A DNA stretch of 64,000 nt from Bacteroidota bacterium (GTDB taxonomy: Bacteria > Bacteroidota > Bacteroidia > AKYH767-A > 2013-40CM-41-45): the NCBI GenBank assembly GCA_016720935.1, contig JADKJP010000005.1, positions 173,216 to 237,215 of the forward strand, read 5' to 3'. Below, piece after piece: positions 49,483-62,411 of this stretch. A model generated the notes under the pieces. That model made no database searches. It was not told the DNA's origin and worked only from the letters and a program-made list of their open reading frames with translations. How positions within the stretch are numbered: position 1 is the stretch's first letter; the number at the start of each line of letters is the position of its first letter. Both the position numbers and the translations under genes were made by a program.

Positions 49483-50433
49483 TCAGTGAACCAACATATG
49501 CTGAATGTGCTCGAGCATATCCTTCGTCATTTTGGCGAGATCGTATTCATGCTGCCAACCCCAGTCGGCACGTGCGACTGAATCGTCGATGCTTTGTGGC
49601 CAGGAGTCGGCGTACTGTTGACGAACATCCGGCTTATAAGTGATTTTAAATTCAGGAATGTGTTTACAAATTTCATCCGCGAGCTGTTTCGGTGTAAAGC
49701 TCATGGAAGCGATATTGTAGCTGCTCCGTACTTTCACGCGTGATGCATCGGCATCCATGAGTCCTATCGTCGCGTTCAAGGCATCGTGCATGTACATCAT
49801 CGGCAATGCCGTATTCTCGGAAAGAAAACTTTCGTAGGTTTTGGTTTTGAGTGCTTCGTGGAAAATATGAACAGCATAGTCAGTGGTTCCACCACCCGGC
49901 TCCGTTTTGTATCCGATCAAACCCGGATATCGAATGCTGCGTACATCCACTCCGAATTTCTGGAAATAATATTCGCACCAACGTTCGCCAGCAAGTTTGC
50001 TGATTCCATACACTGTACTCGGTTCCGTGATTGTGAATTGTGGTGTATTCACTTTTGGTGTGGAAGGACCGAAAACCGCGATAGAGCTGGGCCAAAAGAG
50101 TTTGAACTTTTCTTCACGGGCCATTTCGAGAGTGCCCAGCAATCCTTCCATGTTCAGTTTCCAGGCCGACTTAATCTTTTGTTCAGCTGTTGCTGACAAG
50201 AGCGCGGCAAGAAGATATACTTGTTTGACATTATTCTTTCTCACCACTTCCTGTACTTTTGGAAAATCGAGTACATCAAGTTGTACAAAAGGTCCGCCAT
50301 CACGTAATTCCGGGCTTGGTTCCTTGATATCCGTCGCGATCACCTGCGAGGAGCCGTTGATTCTTCGCAATTCTTCAACTAATTCCGAACCTATCTGGCC
50401 CTTGGCGCCGATGACGAGAATGCTTTCTTTCAT
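49483..50433 (-). CDS. NAD-dependent epimerase/dehydratase family protein (extended SDR; L-threonine 3-dehydrogenase-like)
   Basis: Rossmann 'VIGAKGQIGSEL', catalytic 'YGISK', and a UDP-Gal-4-epimerase-like C-terminal region. The start was trimmed to 50433. Confidence 0.7.
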   Translation of the reverse strand: MKESILVIGAKGQIGSELVEELRRINGSSQVIATDIKEPSPELRDGGPFVQLDVLDFPKVQEVVRKNNVKQVYLLAALLSATAEQKIKSAWKLNMEGLLGTLEMAREEKFKLFWPSSIAVFGPSTPKVNTPQFTITEPSTVYGISKLAGERWCEYYFQKFGVDVRSIRYPGLIGYKTEPGGGTTDYAVHIFHEALKTKTYESFLSENTALPMMYMHDALNATIGLMDADASRVKVRSSYNIASMSFTPKQLADEICKHIPEFKITYKPDVRQQYADSWPQSIDDSVARADWGWQHEYDLAKMTKDMLEHIQHMLVH

Positions 50434-50457
50434 GGGAAATGTGAGTGAATAGAACAA

Positions 50458-50640
50458 AAGTAAGGAATTCTTGTCAATTTGAGTTCCGGGTTCTGAGTTC
50501 CGGGTTCCGAGTTTTGATGGTTGCTGGAAAGAATGAGCTAATCAATAATACTTCTATAGCATCCTTATACCTTATACCTAATACCTGATACCAAAATGGG
50601 TGTGAGTGCGGGTGTGAGTGTGCCATTGAAAAAAATTCAG
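50458..50640. repeat. Intergenic word-stutter / G-tract repeat block
   Basis: 'gagttccgggttctgagttccgggttccgagttttg' ... 'ccttataccttatacctaatacctgatacc' ... 'gggtgtgagtgcgggtgtgagtgtg'. Confidence 0.75.
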
Positions 50641-50717
50641 GAAACGAAATTCTTGTGTATCAAACGACTGTGTCCTATCCTTGTGCTGGAAAACGGGAAG
50701 ACAGAGAATATACTTGT

Positions 50718-52175
50718 ATGCGCAAATTTGTACCATTATTACTCTTAATTCCATTGTTGTTGATCAATGTTCCCAATGCGCATGATTGGGGTGATGATTT
50801 TGCTCAATACCTGATTCAGGCTCGCAATATGTTGGAAGCTAAGGCCCAGACCGACAATGGCCTTGTTTTCGACACCTCCTCGGGACAATTTGCTGTTCAA
50901 GCATATCCCGTTGGTTTTCCGTTAGTTCTGGCTCCGGTCTTCGCTTTTGCCGGTTATGAAATACGTCCTTTTTTGATCCTGGAATCGCTGTTTTTGATCG
51001 GACTCGGATTGTTACTCGTGCGTTATTACAAACGGTTCTTTTCTGAATTCGCATCCATTCTTCTGGTTTTGATTTTAGTTTACAACCCTTTTTTGTTAGA
51101 ACAAAAAGGACAAATCCTTTCTGAATTTCCTTTTACATTTTGGCTTGTACTGCTAATACTACTACTTGACCAAAACAAAACATCTATCAAACATTTTTTG
51201 ATCCTTGGTCTTGTTGTTTGTCTGATGATTTCCACACGGATCATTGGTGTTGTGGCCTTGCCTGCACTCTTGCTCCATTATTTTTTTCTGAAGAAAAATG
51301 ACGTGGATTCAAAATTGAAATTCCGGTTGAAATCATCACTGATCGTAATTGGCTTTTCAATTTTATTCTTCTTATTTCTGAACAGTCTTTTATTTCCGGT
51401 TCCGCTGGGAAATTTCTTTGGCTTCTACAAAGGAGCGGGAGAATCACATCCGTTTATGATTCAGGAGGCTTTTCTTTTGTATCTGAAACAATTGAATTTG
51501 CTTTTCATGTTTCCTGAGTCAAGAGCGATGTTACTGAACGATCTCCTCGGAATATTCATACTCATTGGCTGGTTCAGAGCACTCATAAAACAAAAAAACT
51601 TTTCCGAATGGTTTTTTCTCTTTTACATCGTTGTGCTGTTATTGTATCCTTATCTCAATGGAGGATACAGAATGCTCATTCCGGTTGTTCCCCTTATGGC
51701 CCGGTATATTTTTGAAACATTACAAGCTTTGCTTTCACTTACAAAAATCAAACAATACAGAATTGCATTAATACTTTTCCTGGGCATGTTTTTATACCAG
51801 CCATTCACCATGCTTTACGCTACAGTAAAAACAGGAACAATTATTCCGGAAGGTCCGCAGACTCCTGAAGCAAAGGAAATGATCCAATTTGTTCGTGAAA
51901 AGACTCCTGAGAATGCGGTGATAGTGTTTCTGAAAGCACGTGCCATGTCATTTTACACGCAACGCCATACTACTTACCGCCTTGAATTACTTAGTGAACA
52001 AGCCAATGATTCGATGTTTCAACGGATCCACGTAACACATCTTGTGAAGTGTATTGATCCAAATAATTCCGAACTGAATAACTCATCTTTTGAATCCTAT
52101 TACATGGCAAATGCTGATCGTTACACTGAAATCTGGCGAAACAGGGTTTTTGCCGTTTATGAACGCAAACATTAA
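50718..52175 (+). CDS. Polytopic membrane protein, putative GT-C-fold glycosyltransferase (ArnT/PMT-like)
   Basis: About 11 TM helices, an extracytoplasmic loop after TM1 with an acidic motif, and a soluble C-terminal domain. The functional call is by architecture only. An alternative start exists at 50655. Confidence 0.4.
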   Translation: MRKFVPLLLLIPLLLINVPNAHDWGDDFAQYLIQARNMLEAKAQTDNGLVFDTSSGQFAVQAYPVGFPLVLAPVFAFAGYEIRPFLILESLFLIGLGLLLVRYYKRFFSEFASILLVLILVYNPFLLEQKGQILSEFPFTFWLVLLILLLDQNKTSIKHFLILGLVVCLMISTRIIGVVALPALLLHYFFLKKNDVDSKLKFRLKSSLIVIGFSILFFLFLNSLLFPVPLGNFFGFYKGAGESHPFMIQEAFLLYLKQLNLLFMFPESRAMLLNDLLGIFILIGWFRALIKQKNFSEWFFLFYIVVLLLYPYLNGGYRMLIPVVPLMARYIFETLQALLSLTKIKQYRIALILFLGMFLYQPFTMLYATVKTGTIIPEGPQTPEAKEMIQFVREKTPENAVIVFLKARAMSFYTQRHTTYRLELLSEQANDSMFQRIHVTHLVKCIDPNNSELNNSSFESYYMANADRYTEIWRNRVFAVYERKH

Positions 52176-52288
52176 TGCACGGATATCCACAGCGGATGTA
52201 TGAAAACCGACGGAAAGGATACCCTGACACGTACTGGAATTTCCTATTTTTATCCGCTTAAGTAAACGTTCCTCTCCGGACAATTCCC

Positions 52289-55200
52289 ATGAATCTGAAA
52301 AAGACAATTAAATCTTTGTTTGACGATAGCAGCAGGCTCCATGAGATTGTCTTTCTGCCATTATTTTTCGCTTTGGGAATTACGTATATACTTTTTCACA
52401 AAAGCACATTCTGGCTGGAACAATTTCAGGGACGGCCTATTTCATTGGCGACATCCGAAAGTCTGGATATTGTAAAGCGTGTCTCCACATATTATCGTGG
52501 AATCACAACCTTTTTTTTATTGAGCATCGGACTTATAATTAGCACGGTTGGTCAGATAAAAAAAATCAGTCGGAGTGACCTTCGAATTCTGAATCTGTGT
52601 GGTGTTGCCGGCTTTTCGTTAATGTTCTTTCTCCTATTAGGCGGCCAGGTGCAATCTTCCATGCATTTGATACTCGCTATATTGTTCGCAGCATTCGCCG
52701 GTATTCTTGGCAAAAATATAATGAGTTGGGAAGAAAAGGAAGATGGTGAATACATGCTGTTGTTTGGATGGACAACGATGATTTCCACAATCTTGTTTTT
52801 TCTTCAATGGCATATACTGAATTTGTTTTCCAAATTCGCTTTTCATTCCATCCCTGATTTTATCGGAATTACGACGGCAGTTTTACTCTTTGTCTATTTC
52901 TTTTTAAGTAAAAAATTCAATTTTACATTTCAATCCATAAGCAAGGGAATTCGGGTAACCACACCGCTTGTGCTGATCCCTGCCCTTTCATTACTCTCAT
53001 TTGAAGGCAGCATGATTCTGGGCCAACGAGGAATGCTCCTTGGCCCTACTCCACTTTATGTCTCCGGATTGCTCATCCTTCTTTTCGCAGTTTTTCGTCG
53101 TTACAAAAAATCTCAGCCTTTATTTACGGATGCAAAACACAAATTAAATACGGTGTGGGTTCCATTCTTACTCGTTGGCATCATTGGTTTGGTGATGTAC
53201 AAACCGGTTGTGAGTCCTGATATTGACTGGTTTGAAGATGGCAACAGGATCTTGCCCTTGCAACAATGGTTTGATTTCGGAAAAATTCCGTTTCTCGATA
53301 CGTTCAGTTCGCATGCAATGTCAGACTGGGTCTGGGGAGCTCTGTATTCCTTATTCAACGGACCTGATCCGATGGGTGTATTTGTCTATGGATTTTTACT
53401 GGGAGTCGTTGTGACACTTCTGATTTATGCATTGGTATTACGTCTGAGTGACAATGCGTTTCTTTCCGTTTTTGTTGCGCTCTTTTATCCATACACCGAC
53501 TTACTTCTCCCAACCTATTATCACATCGTACCGCTAACGGTATTACTACTGCTGAACATTCTGCAAAAACAATCGGTAAAAAATTATTTTCTATTCTTTT
53601 TTCTCATGTTGTTTACGATGGTCTGGAGAATCGATCTTGGAATTTCAAATTTCATGGCAGGCATTGGCGGATTGGCTTTGTTATGGTTTGTTCATCCTGA
53701 TTTCAATCCTGACCGTAAATCCGCTTTACGTGGTTTTGGAATTTTCGCAGTAACTTCTTTGTTTTTGTTTCTGATTGCTATTCTTATCCAGGGTCCGGCT
53801 TTGCTGTTCGACCGATTGGGTGAGATGGCAGGTTATTTGTCATCGCTGCAGGCCTACGGATTAATCAATCTCTCGGGAGCGACTGACATGAAATACTATT
53901 CCCTCTATTTCATCATGCCGGTGGCTGTTGCTTTGGTAGCCGGTTTTGCATTTGTAAAATTGATTCGTAACAATGAAGCAGCTTCAAGAGCATCAATCGT
54001 CTCGGTCGTCATTATTTTTCTAAGTATCTTTTATTTCAGCAATCTGCAACGTGGTTTGGTACGACATACACTTGCCGAGCAATGGGATACAGCCTTCACT
54101 TCCTATGGATTCTTTATTCTGGTTTGTCCTGTTTTTTATTCACGTAAAAAAAGCATTACTCCGGCAATTCAATTTTTCAGCTTCTTTATTCTTGCAACGG
54201 TAATTACTGTCAATTATAAATTAAACACTCCTGAACTTGATCGTAGCAATGTTTACAATGAGGTCATGAAATTTGTGCAGGGAGAATTGCCGGTGAAAAC
54301 CGCAATGAAGACCGATCGTACTCCCGAACGAACGGAGTATCGCAGTGATTTTTATGGCGACCTTGATTTTTGGATGAAAAAAAATATCAGCGACTCTTCT
54401 TCATTTCTTGATTTCAGTAATTCGCCAATGTTGTATTACTATCTTGGAAGAAAGACACCAAATTACCTTTGCCAGATTCCGCATACGGCACACAACGATG
54501 AGATGCAGGATCGTTTATTGAACGGGTTGAAAAATTACGATCTCCCGGTTGCTTTATTTTCTAATTATCCTGTCAGCTATTGGGATCAGCTCGACGGGAT
54601 TCCAAATTGCATGCGTCATTACAAGATCAGTGAATATATTTATAAGAATTATTCTCCTTACGCCCTGATTAATCACCACACCGTTTGGGCAAAAAAGAAC
54701 TTCACTGTTCCCCCGCTGAATGTAAAAACACTGGTTCATTATGCTGATCTGAAAAACATTGCTGTAAGCGGTGCTGTGCTGACCGACAGCATTTCTCTTC
54801 GCCCTGCAGGTTCACCGCAATTTGATAATATGCTGCACTCTCCAATTGCATTGGAGGCCGGTAAAAAATACTATGTATTGTTAAGCGCCTGGTTTGAAGG
54901 TCAGGGTACTATTACATTCGTTCCGAATTTTAATAATAAAGGTTACGATGATAATCGTCGTCGGGATGCCCGTGTTTACAGCGGGCCATCGAAGGCGTTT
55001 TTTCTGATTGAACCACAAGCGGGAGAGAATGAATTGAGCGGAATAAAAATTCTGCTGTCAAAGGATGGAGCAATGAGTTTGTCTTACCTTCAACTCAATT
55101 CCTGTGATGTCATTCCGGATTTGGTATCAGAATTACCGGTTGAATACGCTCTAAACGACATTCCTTACATCTGGGGTCGTTACGATGAAAGCTGGAAAGC

Positions 55201-55558
55201 AAGAAAAATTAATTCGCCTATTGCATTGATTAAAGAAACCAAGACATTGAATAATGGTCAGGGTGTTTCATTATCCATTCCTGAGCATTCCGATGATTCA
55301 GCATATATCTACATCCGGCTTTCTGCAAGAGCGAAGACGGACCAGACTGTTGACATGATTCTTCGTTTTGGAAAAGATCATGAAACACGAGGAAGCTATA
55401 TTTTCCGCATTCATCCTTCACCAATGATGGAAGATTATGTCATTCGCATGAGTTCGCTTTATCTCTGGCATAAAAAAGATAAAAACTGGGTTACGCTTTA
55501 TGCAATGCATGGAGATGCAGAAATAGAGAGTGTAGAAATGAGGAGAGAAGAACCATGA
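52289..55558 (+). CDS. Large (1089 aa) polytopic membrane protein with C-terminal soluble domain; uncharacterised, possibly a GT-C-type envelope glycosyltransferase
   Basis: More than 12 hydrophobic helices across the first roughly 650 aa, then about 430 aa that are hydrophilic. Its stop overlaps the start of the downstream GT9 gene (ATGA). Confidence 0.45.
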   Translation: MNLKKTIKSLFDDSSRLHEIVFLPLFFALGITYILFHKSTFWLEQFQGRPISLATSESLDIVKRVSTYYRGITTFFLLSIGLIISTVGQIKKISRSDLRILNLCGVAGFSLMFFLLLGGQVQSSMHLILAILFAAFAGILGKNIMSWEEKEDGEYMLLFGWTTMISTILFFLQWHILNLFSKFAFHSIPDFIGITTAVLLFVYFFLSKKFNFTFQSISKGIRVTTPLVLIPALSLLSFEGSMILGQRGMLLGPTPLYVSGLLILLFAVFRRYKKSQPLFTDAKHKLNTVWVPFLLVGIIGLVMYKPVVSPDIDWFEDGNRILPLQQWFDFGKIPFLDTFSSHAMSDWVWGALYSLFNGPDPMGVFVYGFLLGVVVTLLIYALVLRLSDNAFLSVFVALFYPYTDLLLPTYYHIVPLTVLLLLNILQKQSVKNYFLFFFLMLFTMVWRIDLGISNFMAGIGGLALLWFVHPDFNPDRKSALRGFGIFAVTSLFLFLIAILIQGPALLFDRLGEMAGYLSSLQAYGLINLSGATDMKYYSLYFIMPVAVALVAGFAFVKLIRNNEAASRASIVSVVIIFLSIFYFSNLQRGLVRHTLAEQWDTAFTSYGFFILVCPVFYSRKKSITPAIQFFSFFILATVITVNYKLNTPELDRSNVYNEVMKFVQGELPVKTAMKTDRTPERTEYRSDFYGDLDFWMKKNISDSSSFLDFSNSPMLYYYLGRKTPNYLCQIPHTAHNDEMQDRLLNGLKNYDLPVALFSNYPVSYWDQLDGIPNCMRHYKISEYIYKNYSPYALINHHTVWAKKNFTVPPLNVKTLVHYADLKNIAVSGAVLTDSISLRPAGSPQFDNMLHSPIALEAGKKYYVLLSAWFEGQGTITFVPNFNNKGYDDNRRRDARVYSGPSKAFFLIEPQAGENELSGIKILLSKDGAMSLSYLQLNSCDVIPDLVSELPVEYALNDIPYIWGRYDESWKARKINSPIALIKETKTLNNGQGVSLSIPEHSDDSAYIYIRLSARAKTDQTVDMILRFGKDHETRGSYIFRIHPSPMMEDYVIRMSSLYLWHKKDKNWVTLYAMHGDAEIESVEMRREEP

Positions 55559-56826
55559 GTATGCAAACCCGGACAAAAGTAATTCTTGATGCATGGATCG
55601 GGCGCACGGCTGTTTTTGGCCTCAATCTCGCGGCACGTGTATTGGGTAAATTCATGGGTATTGATCATTCTCTCGATAAAATTCCGGGAAAGATTGTCGT
55701 CTGCAAATTTCTTGGAATGGGGAGTATCATCCAGGCCACGCCTTTGTTGCAGACACTTCGCAAAAGTTTTCCGAATTCGAAAATTTATTTTGTCACAGCA
55801 AAAGCAAATGCAACCTTATTGACATCCATTGACGCTGTTGATGAAACATGGACGGTCGATGACCATGGATTAGTATCTCTTTTCAAAAGCAGCTGGAGTT
55901 TATTACGAAAGTTGTGGAACGCAAAACCTGATCTGTACATCGACCTGGAAACGTATTCCTATTATAGTACCGCGATAGCAACGATGAGTTGCGCGCGAAA
56001 CCGTTTTGGATTTTATCGTGCGGAAAGAAACATACGCATGGGTGTGTATACACACATGATGTTTTTTAATGCCCGTGCTCCGATAGCTCAATCCTATTTG
56101 CAAATGGCGAGATTGATCGGGTGCAGGGAAATTGTGAATGACTTATTCCCCTTTTCAGTCAAAGATTCAGAAAAAACAAGCTTCCGGAAAAAACTGGAAA
56201 CTCAAACCGGAAAGTCGCTTTCAACTTATATCGTGATCAACCCGAATGCCTCTGACTTGAGAATTGAACGTCGTTGGCCCGGAGAAAATGTGATTTCCCT
56301 CATCTCAGGTATCCGAAAACGTTTTCCGGAATTTTCAATCATCCTTATTGGTGCCAAAAATGAAAAACCATGGGTCGATTCGATTTATACTTCTTTGTCA
56401 CCGGATGTAAAAGAAAATGTATACAACACAGCCGGAGAATTTACACTTCCTGAATTGTTTGCGTTATTGAATGAAGCCCGGCTGATCATCACCAACGATA
56501 CCGGCCCGATGCATATTTCTTTTTCTCTTCGCAAGCCAACAATTTGTCTTTTTGGTCCGGCATCGCCTACACAATATGGACAAAATCCAAATGCCTATGG
56601 CATCTACAAAAACCTTTATTGCAGTCCCTGCGTGCATGATTTTTTGACACCGCCCTGTAAAGGTGATAATCAGTGCATGAAGCTAATTACAGTGAAAGAG
56701 GTTGCAGAGTTGTGCGAAAAAGTCTTGGGCAATGAATCCATTGTTCCGGATTCGCTTGAAAATTCCGGGATGCATTTCACCAAAGGAAATGAATACACTT
56801 CCCTCGGGATTGTTCAACGGGTCTGA
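55555..56826 (+). CDS. Glycosyltransferase family 9 (heptosyltransferase-like)
   Basis: GT-B fold with 'KIVVCKFLGMGSIIQATP' and the donor-binding 'NDTGPMHISFSLRKPTICLFGP' motif typical of RfaF/RfaC-type GT9 enzymes. Confidence 0.7.
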   Translation: MSMQTRTKVILDAWIGRTAVFGLNLAARVLGKFMGIDHSLDKIPGKIVVCKFLGMGSIIQATPLLQTLRKSFPNSKIYFVTAKANATLLTSIDAVDETWTVDDHGLVSLFKSSWSLLRKLWNAKPDLYIDLETYSYYSTAIATMSCARNRFGFYRAERNIRMGVYTHMMFFNARAPIAQSYLQMARLIGCREIVNDLFPFSVKDSEKTSFRKKLETQTGKSLSTYIVINPNASDLRIERRWPGENVISLISGIRKRFPEFSIILIGAKNEKPWVDSIYTSLSPDVKENVYNTAGEFTLPELFALLNEARLIITNDTGPMHISFSLRKPTICLFGPASPTQYGQNPNAYGIYKNLYCSPCVHDFLTPPCKGDNQCMKLITVKEVAELCEKVLGNESIVPDSLENSGMHFTKGNEYTSLGIVQRV

Positions 56827-56964
56827 TCCGGAAAATTCTTCAGATTCTTTATCAAAAACAGCCTCTTTTTCAAGAGCCGAATAATTCGTAATTTTGGGCT
56901 AAAGCTGTTTTTTGGGACAATAAACTGCAGCCAGAGACGTTACCTATTTTCCTCCCGAACATCT

Positions 56965-59340
56965 ATGAAAAGACCATACGCTTCCGTTTTCTCCTGCCTT
57001 TTTCTCCTTTTATCAGGAATTCCGTTTTTCCTGTCGGCACAAAGCAACCCGCCTGTTGCAATTGGTGAATGGCGAGAACACATTCCCTACAACCGTGCGA
57101 TCGGGCTGGCGGATAGTCCGGATAAAATTTATTGTGCCAGCGGTTTTGGATTGTACAGCTATTCAAAATCTACAGGAGAACTTAATTTGTATTCAAGATT
57201 GAATGGATTGTCCGATTTTGAAATTGCCAGAATACGCTATAACTCGGAAAAAAATATTCTCTTCATTGGCTATCAGTCATCGAACATAGATCTGCTGATG
57301 CCAGATAATACTATTGTGAACCTGAATGACATTAAGCGAAAAAATATTATTGGAGGAAAAAAAATAAACGACATCCTTTTTCTTGGAAACAAAGCGATGG
57401 TTTGTTGTGAATTCGGAATTGTAGTTGTGGACCTGGACAGACTGGAAGTGCAAGACACTTATTACATCGGCTTTAACAGCAAAGCGGTAAATGTGCAGGG
57501 CTTGTCGACAGACGGGACTTATTTCATGGCCGTCTGCGACAGTGGAATTTACAAAGCCCGCATTTCTGATCCGAACATTTTCAATTTTACCTCCTGGATT
57601 AAAGATAGTGTGATTAATGAACCGAATGGAAATTACACGTCTACAACATCACTTCAGGGAAAGTTTTATGTGGTGAGAACTAACGATGCCTGGGACAAAG
57701 ACTCCTTATTCGTTTATGACAACAATTCCTGGCAACCATTTCACGCGGATGGTTTTGAAGGAGCAAAAATTGATTCGTATCACGATCTCTTGTTGTATCG
57801 CACCAATTCGAAAGTCACTGCTTATGATGCTTCCGGAAACGTTGTGAAAAATGTGACAAATTATTTTTACAACAATGCACAGATCATGAGTGGGTTTTAT
57901 GATCCCGACAAAACGGAATTCTGGATTGCGGATTATAACAATGGAATGGTGAGGGTTACATTTTCTCCCAACAATGGTGAATTCATTGTTCCTAATGGCC
58001 CTTTATCAGAAGCTAACTGGGCTATGGATAGTAAAAATGGAGATCTGTGGGTTGCATCCGGCTCTTTGAACGGAGATGCTCCGAGTTACAATCAAAAAAA
58101 TGGAACCTATTTATTCTCCGATAATCGTTGGAAGACGTTTAACAAAATGACGGATTCGTTGTACGATGCTTATCTGGCCTGCGGTTCTCCCTCTCTGGTT
58201 ACCGTCGCTGTGGATCCTTCGGACTCAAAACATGCTTTCATTGGCGGATGGGGTGGCGGGGTGATGGAATACCGCAGTGATGGAGGAGTACAGATTTACA
58301 ATCAAACCAACAGTGAAATTCATGAATATACCGGGAGACCCGGATATATCATTACAGGCGGACTCGCATTCGACAAAGACAATAATTTGTGGGTCGCTTC
58401 CGGAGGAAGTCCAAGGCCACTTGCCGTGAGAAGATCTGATGGCAGCTGGGAATCATTTTTAATTCCATCGGCAGAGTTTACTTCCTTTGGTTTGTACCAG
58501 GTAATTGTGGATGACTACAATCAGAAATGGATCATTGCTCGTGAGGGAGCAAGTACAGGTCAGGGAATCGGTGTTTTTAATGAGAATGATGCATCCAATC
58601 CTAACGACAACAGTTTCAAAAGAATTTATTCCGATGTTGGAAAAGGTGGTTTGCCTGATATGTTGGTTCGGGCAATGGCAAAAGATAAAGATGGTGCGAT
58701 CTGGGTGGGTACGAATAAAGGTGTTGCAGTTTTTTACAATCCCGGAAATGTATTTTCAGGAAGTAATTTCGATGCGCAAAAAATAATAATACAACAGGAC
58801 GGTTACAATCAGTATCTTTTAGAAACCGAAATCGTCACAGCAGTAGTTGTAGATGGAGCAAACCGGAAATGGTTTGGCACTTACAACGGCGGGGCGTTTC
58901 TGATGTCCGCTGACGGCACAAAACAACTTTTGCATTTTACAAGTGAAAATTCTCCGTTACCATCCAATATAATTAATGCGATCGCTGTCGATGACAGAAC
59001 CGGCGAAGTATTCTTTGGTACTGACAAAGGCATCATTTCTTATCGTGGTGATGCCACTGTGGGTAAAGATTATTGTTCGGATTATTATGCTTACCCGAAT
59101 CCCGTGAAGCACGAATATCATGGTCCTATCGCCATCCGCGGACTGATCGACAATTCGGATGTTAAAATCGCGGATGTAAGCGGTAATGTCGTTTACCATA
59201 CCAAATCCAATGGCGGGCAAGCGATCTGGTACGGTACCAATTTCAGCGGGGAGCGTGTTCACACAGGTGTATATACTGTATTCATCACAAATGATGACGG
59301 TACTGAAACCTGTACTACCAAAGTTTTGATCGCGAATTAA
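56965..59340 (+). CDS. T9SS-sorted two-beta-propeller protein (two-component-regulator-propeller / PorZ-like), type-A CTD
   Basis: 791 aa with a signal peptide. Repeated 'IW.GT..G' and 'LWVAS' propeller blades. C-terminal '...GVYTVFITNDDGTETCTTKVLIAN'. The size and architecture match PorZ, but orthology is not proven. Confidence 0.5.
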   Translation: MKRPYASVFSCLFLLLSGIPFFLSAQSNPPVAIGEWREHIPYNRAIGLADSPDKIYCASGFGLYSYSKSTGELNLYSRLNGLSDFEIARIRYNSEKNILFIGYQSSNIDLLMPDNTIVNLNDIKRKNIIGGKKINDILFLGNKAMVCCEFGIVVVDLDRLEVQDTYYIGFNSKAVNVQGLSTDGTYFMAVCDSGIYKARISDPNIFNFTSWIKDSVINEPNGNYTSTTSLQGKFYVVRTNDAWDKDSLFVYDNNSWQPFHADGFEGAKIDSYHDLLLYRTNSKVTAYDASGNVVKNVTNYFYNNAQIMSGFYDPDKTEFWIADYNNGMVRVTFSPNNGEFIVPNGPLSEANWAMDSKNGDLWVASGSLNGDAPSYNQKNGTYLFSDNRWKTFNKMTDSLYDAYLACGSPSLVTVAVDPSDSKHAFIGGWGGGVMEYRSDGGVQIYNQTNSEIHEYTGRPGYIITGGLAFDKDNNLWVASGGSPRPLAVRRSDGSWESFLIPSAEFTSFGLYQVIVDDYNQKWIIAREGASTGQGIGVFNENDASNPNDNSFKRIYSDVGKGGLPDMLVRAMAKDKDGAIWVGTNKGVAVFYNPGNVFSGSNFDAQKIIIQQDGYNQYLLETEIVTAVVVDGANRKWFGTYNGGAFLMSADGTKQLLHFTSENSPLPSNIINAIAVDDRTGEVFFGTDKGIISYRGDATVGKDYCSDYYAYPNPVKHEYHGPIAIRGLIDNSDVKIADVSGNVVYHTKSNGGQAIWYGTNFSGERVHTGVYTVFITNDDGTETCTTKVLIAN

Positions 59341-59391
59341 GTTCACATTTTTTCATGGCAGATTTTTTTGCCGGAATTATTTTTCTGAGGA

Positions 59392-60111
59392 ATGCTTCAC
59401 AAGACCAGAGGTATTGTCATTCACACCACCGATTACTCCGAAACGAGTATTGTGGCCAAGATCTATACCGAACTTTTCGGCCTTCAGTCGTATATCGTGA
59501 ACAGTGTTCGGAAGAAAAACGCGAAAATAAAATCCAATGTATTCCAGCCGCTCACTCTGGTTGATTTAGTGGTTTATCATAAAGAGCGCGGTGGCTTACA
59601 AAGAGTCGCGGAAGTAAAACCGATGCCCGCCTTACGGAACATCCCTTTCGATATCCGAAAGAGTTCAATGGCATTGTTTCTTGACGAAGTATTGTACAAA
59701 TCTGTTCGGGAAGAAGAATGCAATCCGTCTTTGTTTGAATTCATCTTCAATGCAGTACAGATGCTGGATCTTCAGCATCCTATCAATCCGGATTTTCACT
59801 TGTTATTTTTATTACAGTACTCCAAATACCTGGGTTTCTTTCCTTCGAATGATTACGATGAAACACATTGTGTTTTCAATTTACAAGAAGGACATTTTCA
59901 AGCGGATGTACCCTCACATCCTTTTTATATTCCGGCAGATGTAAGTGCGTATTTCCATCAGTTGCTCGAAGTATTACCGGACTTTAACTCCAGGCTGTCG
60001 ATTCCGGTGGATATCAAAAGACAATTGATTGAACACATCCTGGAATATTTTGAATTGCATCTGACAGGATTTTCAGGCATCAAATCACACAGAGTGCTGG
60101 AACAGATTTTT

Positions 60112-60112
<1 letters not shown>
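59392..60112 (+). CDS. recO: DNA repair protein RecO; the 3' end and stop are lost in the G/C homopolymer block
   Basis: N-terminal OB fold 'KTRGIVIHTTDYSETSIVAKIYTELFGLQSYIV', then a helical domain. About 240 aa of normal-looking sequence precede the anomaly; the extreme C-terminus cannot be read. Confidence 0.75.
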
Positions 60113-62408
<2,296 letters not shown>

Positions 62409-62411
62409 GCC

